A DNA stretch of 61,118 nucleotides, taken from the NCBI GenBank assembly GCA_031835245.2, contig JAVKOQ020000052.1, positions 186,001-247,118 on the forward strand. Reading direction: 5' to 3'. This DNA is from Balamuthia mandrillaris. Its lineage: Eukaryota. Made by a program: the position numbers and the translations under genes. The notes beneath the pieces are model-generated. The model was not told the DNA's origin. It was given only the letters and a program-made list of their open reading frames with translations, and ran no database searches. The stretch's first letter is position 1. Each line of letters begins with the position of its first letter. This document shows positions 60,518 to 61,118 of this stretch, piece by piece.

Positions 60518-60743
60518 AACGACAAAAAGAAATGACGAGAATGAAAGAAAGAAAGAAAGCGGTAAAATAAAGCTAACGTTGCAGAAGGTTGGCCGGGTCC
60601 TGATGCAAAAACGACTCAATGCATTGCGAGGAGATATTTTGGGCTCGAACCACCGGCGCACCGCCGCCGACCAAGCACACCGCCGCCAGCAAACACGCCG
60701 ACAACACCGCCGAAGACCACCACGGAGAGAAGGAGCAGCGCAT
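57191..60743 (-). CDS. NRF-6/O-acyltransferase-like membrane protein (NRF domain plus Acyl_transf_3), multi-exon
   Basis: Signal peptide in exon 1; GDWGYWDSC, GLCIPEECS, LNGIRVLSMVWVILGH, SVDTFFFVSGFL, HRVWRLSP, WTWYLANDMQFY, PLARLTYCAYLVHP, LLERP. Confidence 0.92.
58270..58554. repeat. (AAAC)n intronic microsatellite, ~285 bp
   Basis: Near-perfect tandem AAAC inside an acyltransferase intron. Confidence 0.95.
60098..60560. repeat. (AAAG)n with interspersed ACGACAAG units, intronic
   Basis: Fills intron 1 of the acyltransferase gene; the same compound repeat occurs on the other strand at ~52040-52215. Confidence 0.92.
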
Positions 60744-61118
60744 GGTGCTTCCTTATCAATGGCCTTTGCTCGCACTAGCCCAGAACTGAAAAAGAAAAAG
60801 AAGAAGACGTTTCTTCTTTTACTTTCGGAAAAGAAGAAATGACGAAAAACTTAATTAAGCTATAGCAATAACGCCGGAGAAGGAGAAAACGAAAAGCGGC
60901 GCAATGAATTGTTGTCGACGTGGAAGATCTCTCCTGGGGATGAGACCAAGAAGAAGGCCTTTTTATGGTAAGTTATCGCCTCCTTTTTGATTTTTGATTG
61001 GTGGTTTGAAACTCTGTGCAACAGATCAAAGCATCGTGAAAACACAGAAATTGAAGCGATGCAAAAATTATTATTTTGGGTTTTATTTCGCGTTTTTCGC
61101 TGTTTTCGGTGGTTTTTT

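Overview
Gene-dense, intron-rich eukaryotic DNA. Introns are short GT-AG and filled with microsatellites; the style and gene content suggest an amoebozoan, possibly Balamuthia/Acanthamoeba-like (inference only). It holds about 20 spliced genes: F-box, PIP-kinase-fold pseudokinase, beta-lactamase-family esterase, SIN1, granulin-like, PX, a papain/tectonin/Vps62-like fusion, HINT, GNAT, Cbl-TKB-like, USP, CBS, RRP6, LIM, a divergent Hsp70, amidase, F-box/TLDc and NRF6-like acyltransferase. It also contains four identical tRNA-Trp(CCA) genes, an intact and very young Ty1/copia element with a half-tRNA primer site, and several pseudogenes. The most unusual structure is two paralogous secreted Cys-rich genes, each bracketed by a pair of tRNA-Trp genes and each hit by transposons. 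One of those insertions is a 111-bp TIR element with a 9-bp TSD that forms a frame-preserving GT-AG intron (Introner-like). Also notable is a duplicated exact ERSE-II motif upstream of a catalytically degenerate, KDEL-less BiP-like gene. All gene models were spliced by eye, and family calls come from motif recognition, not database searches.
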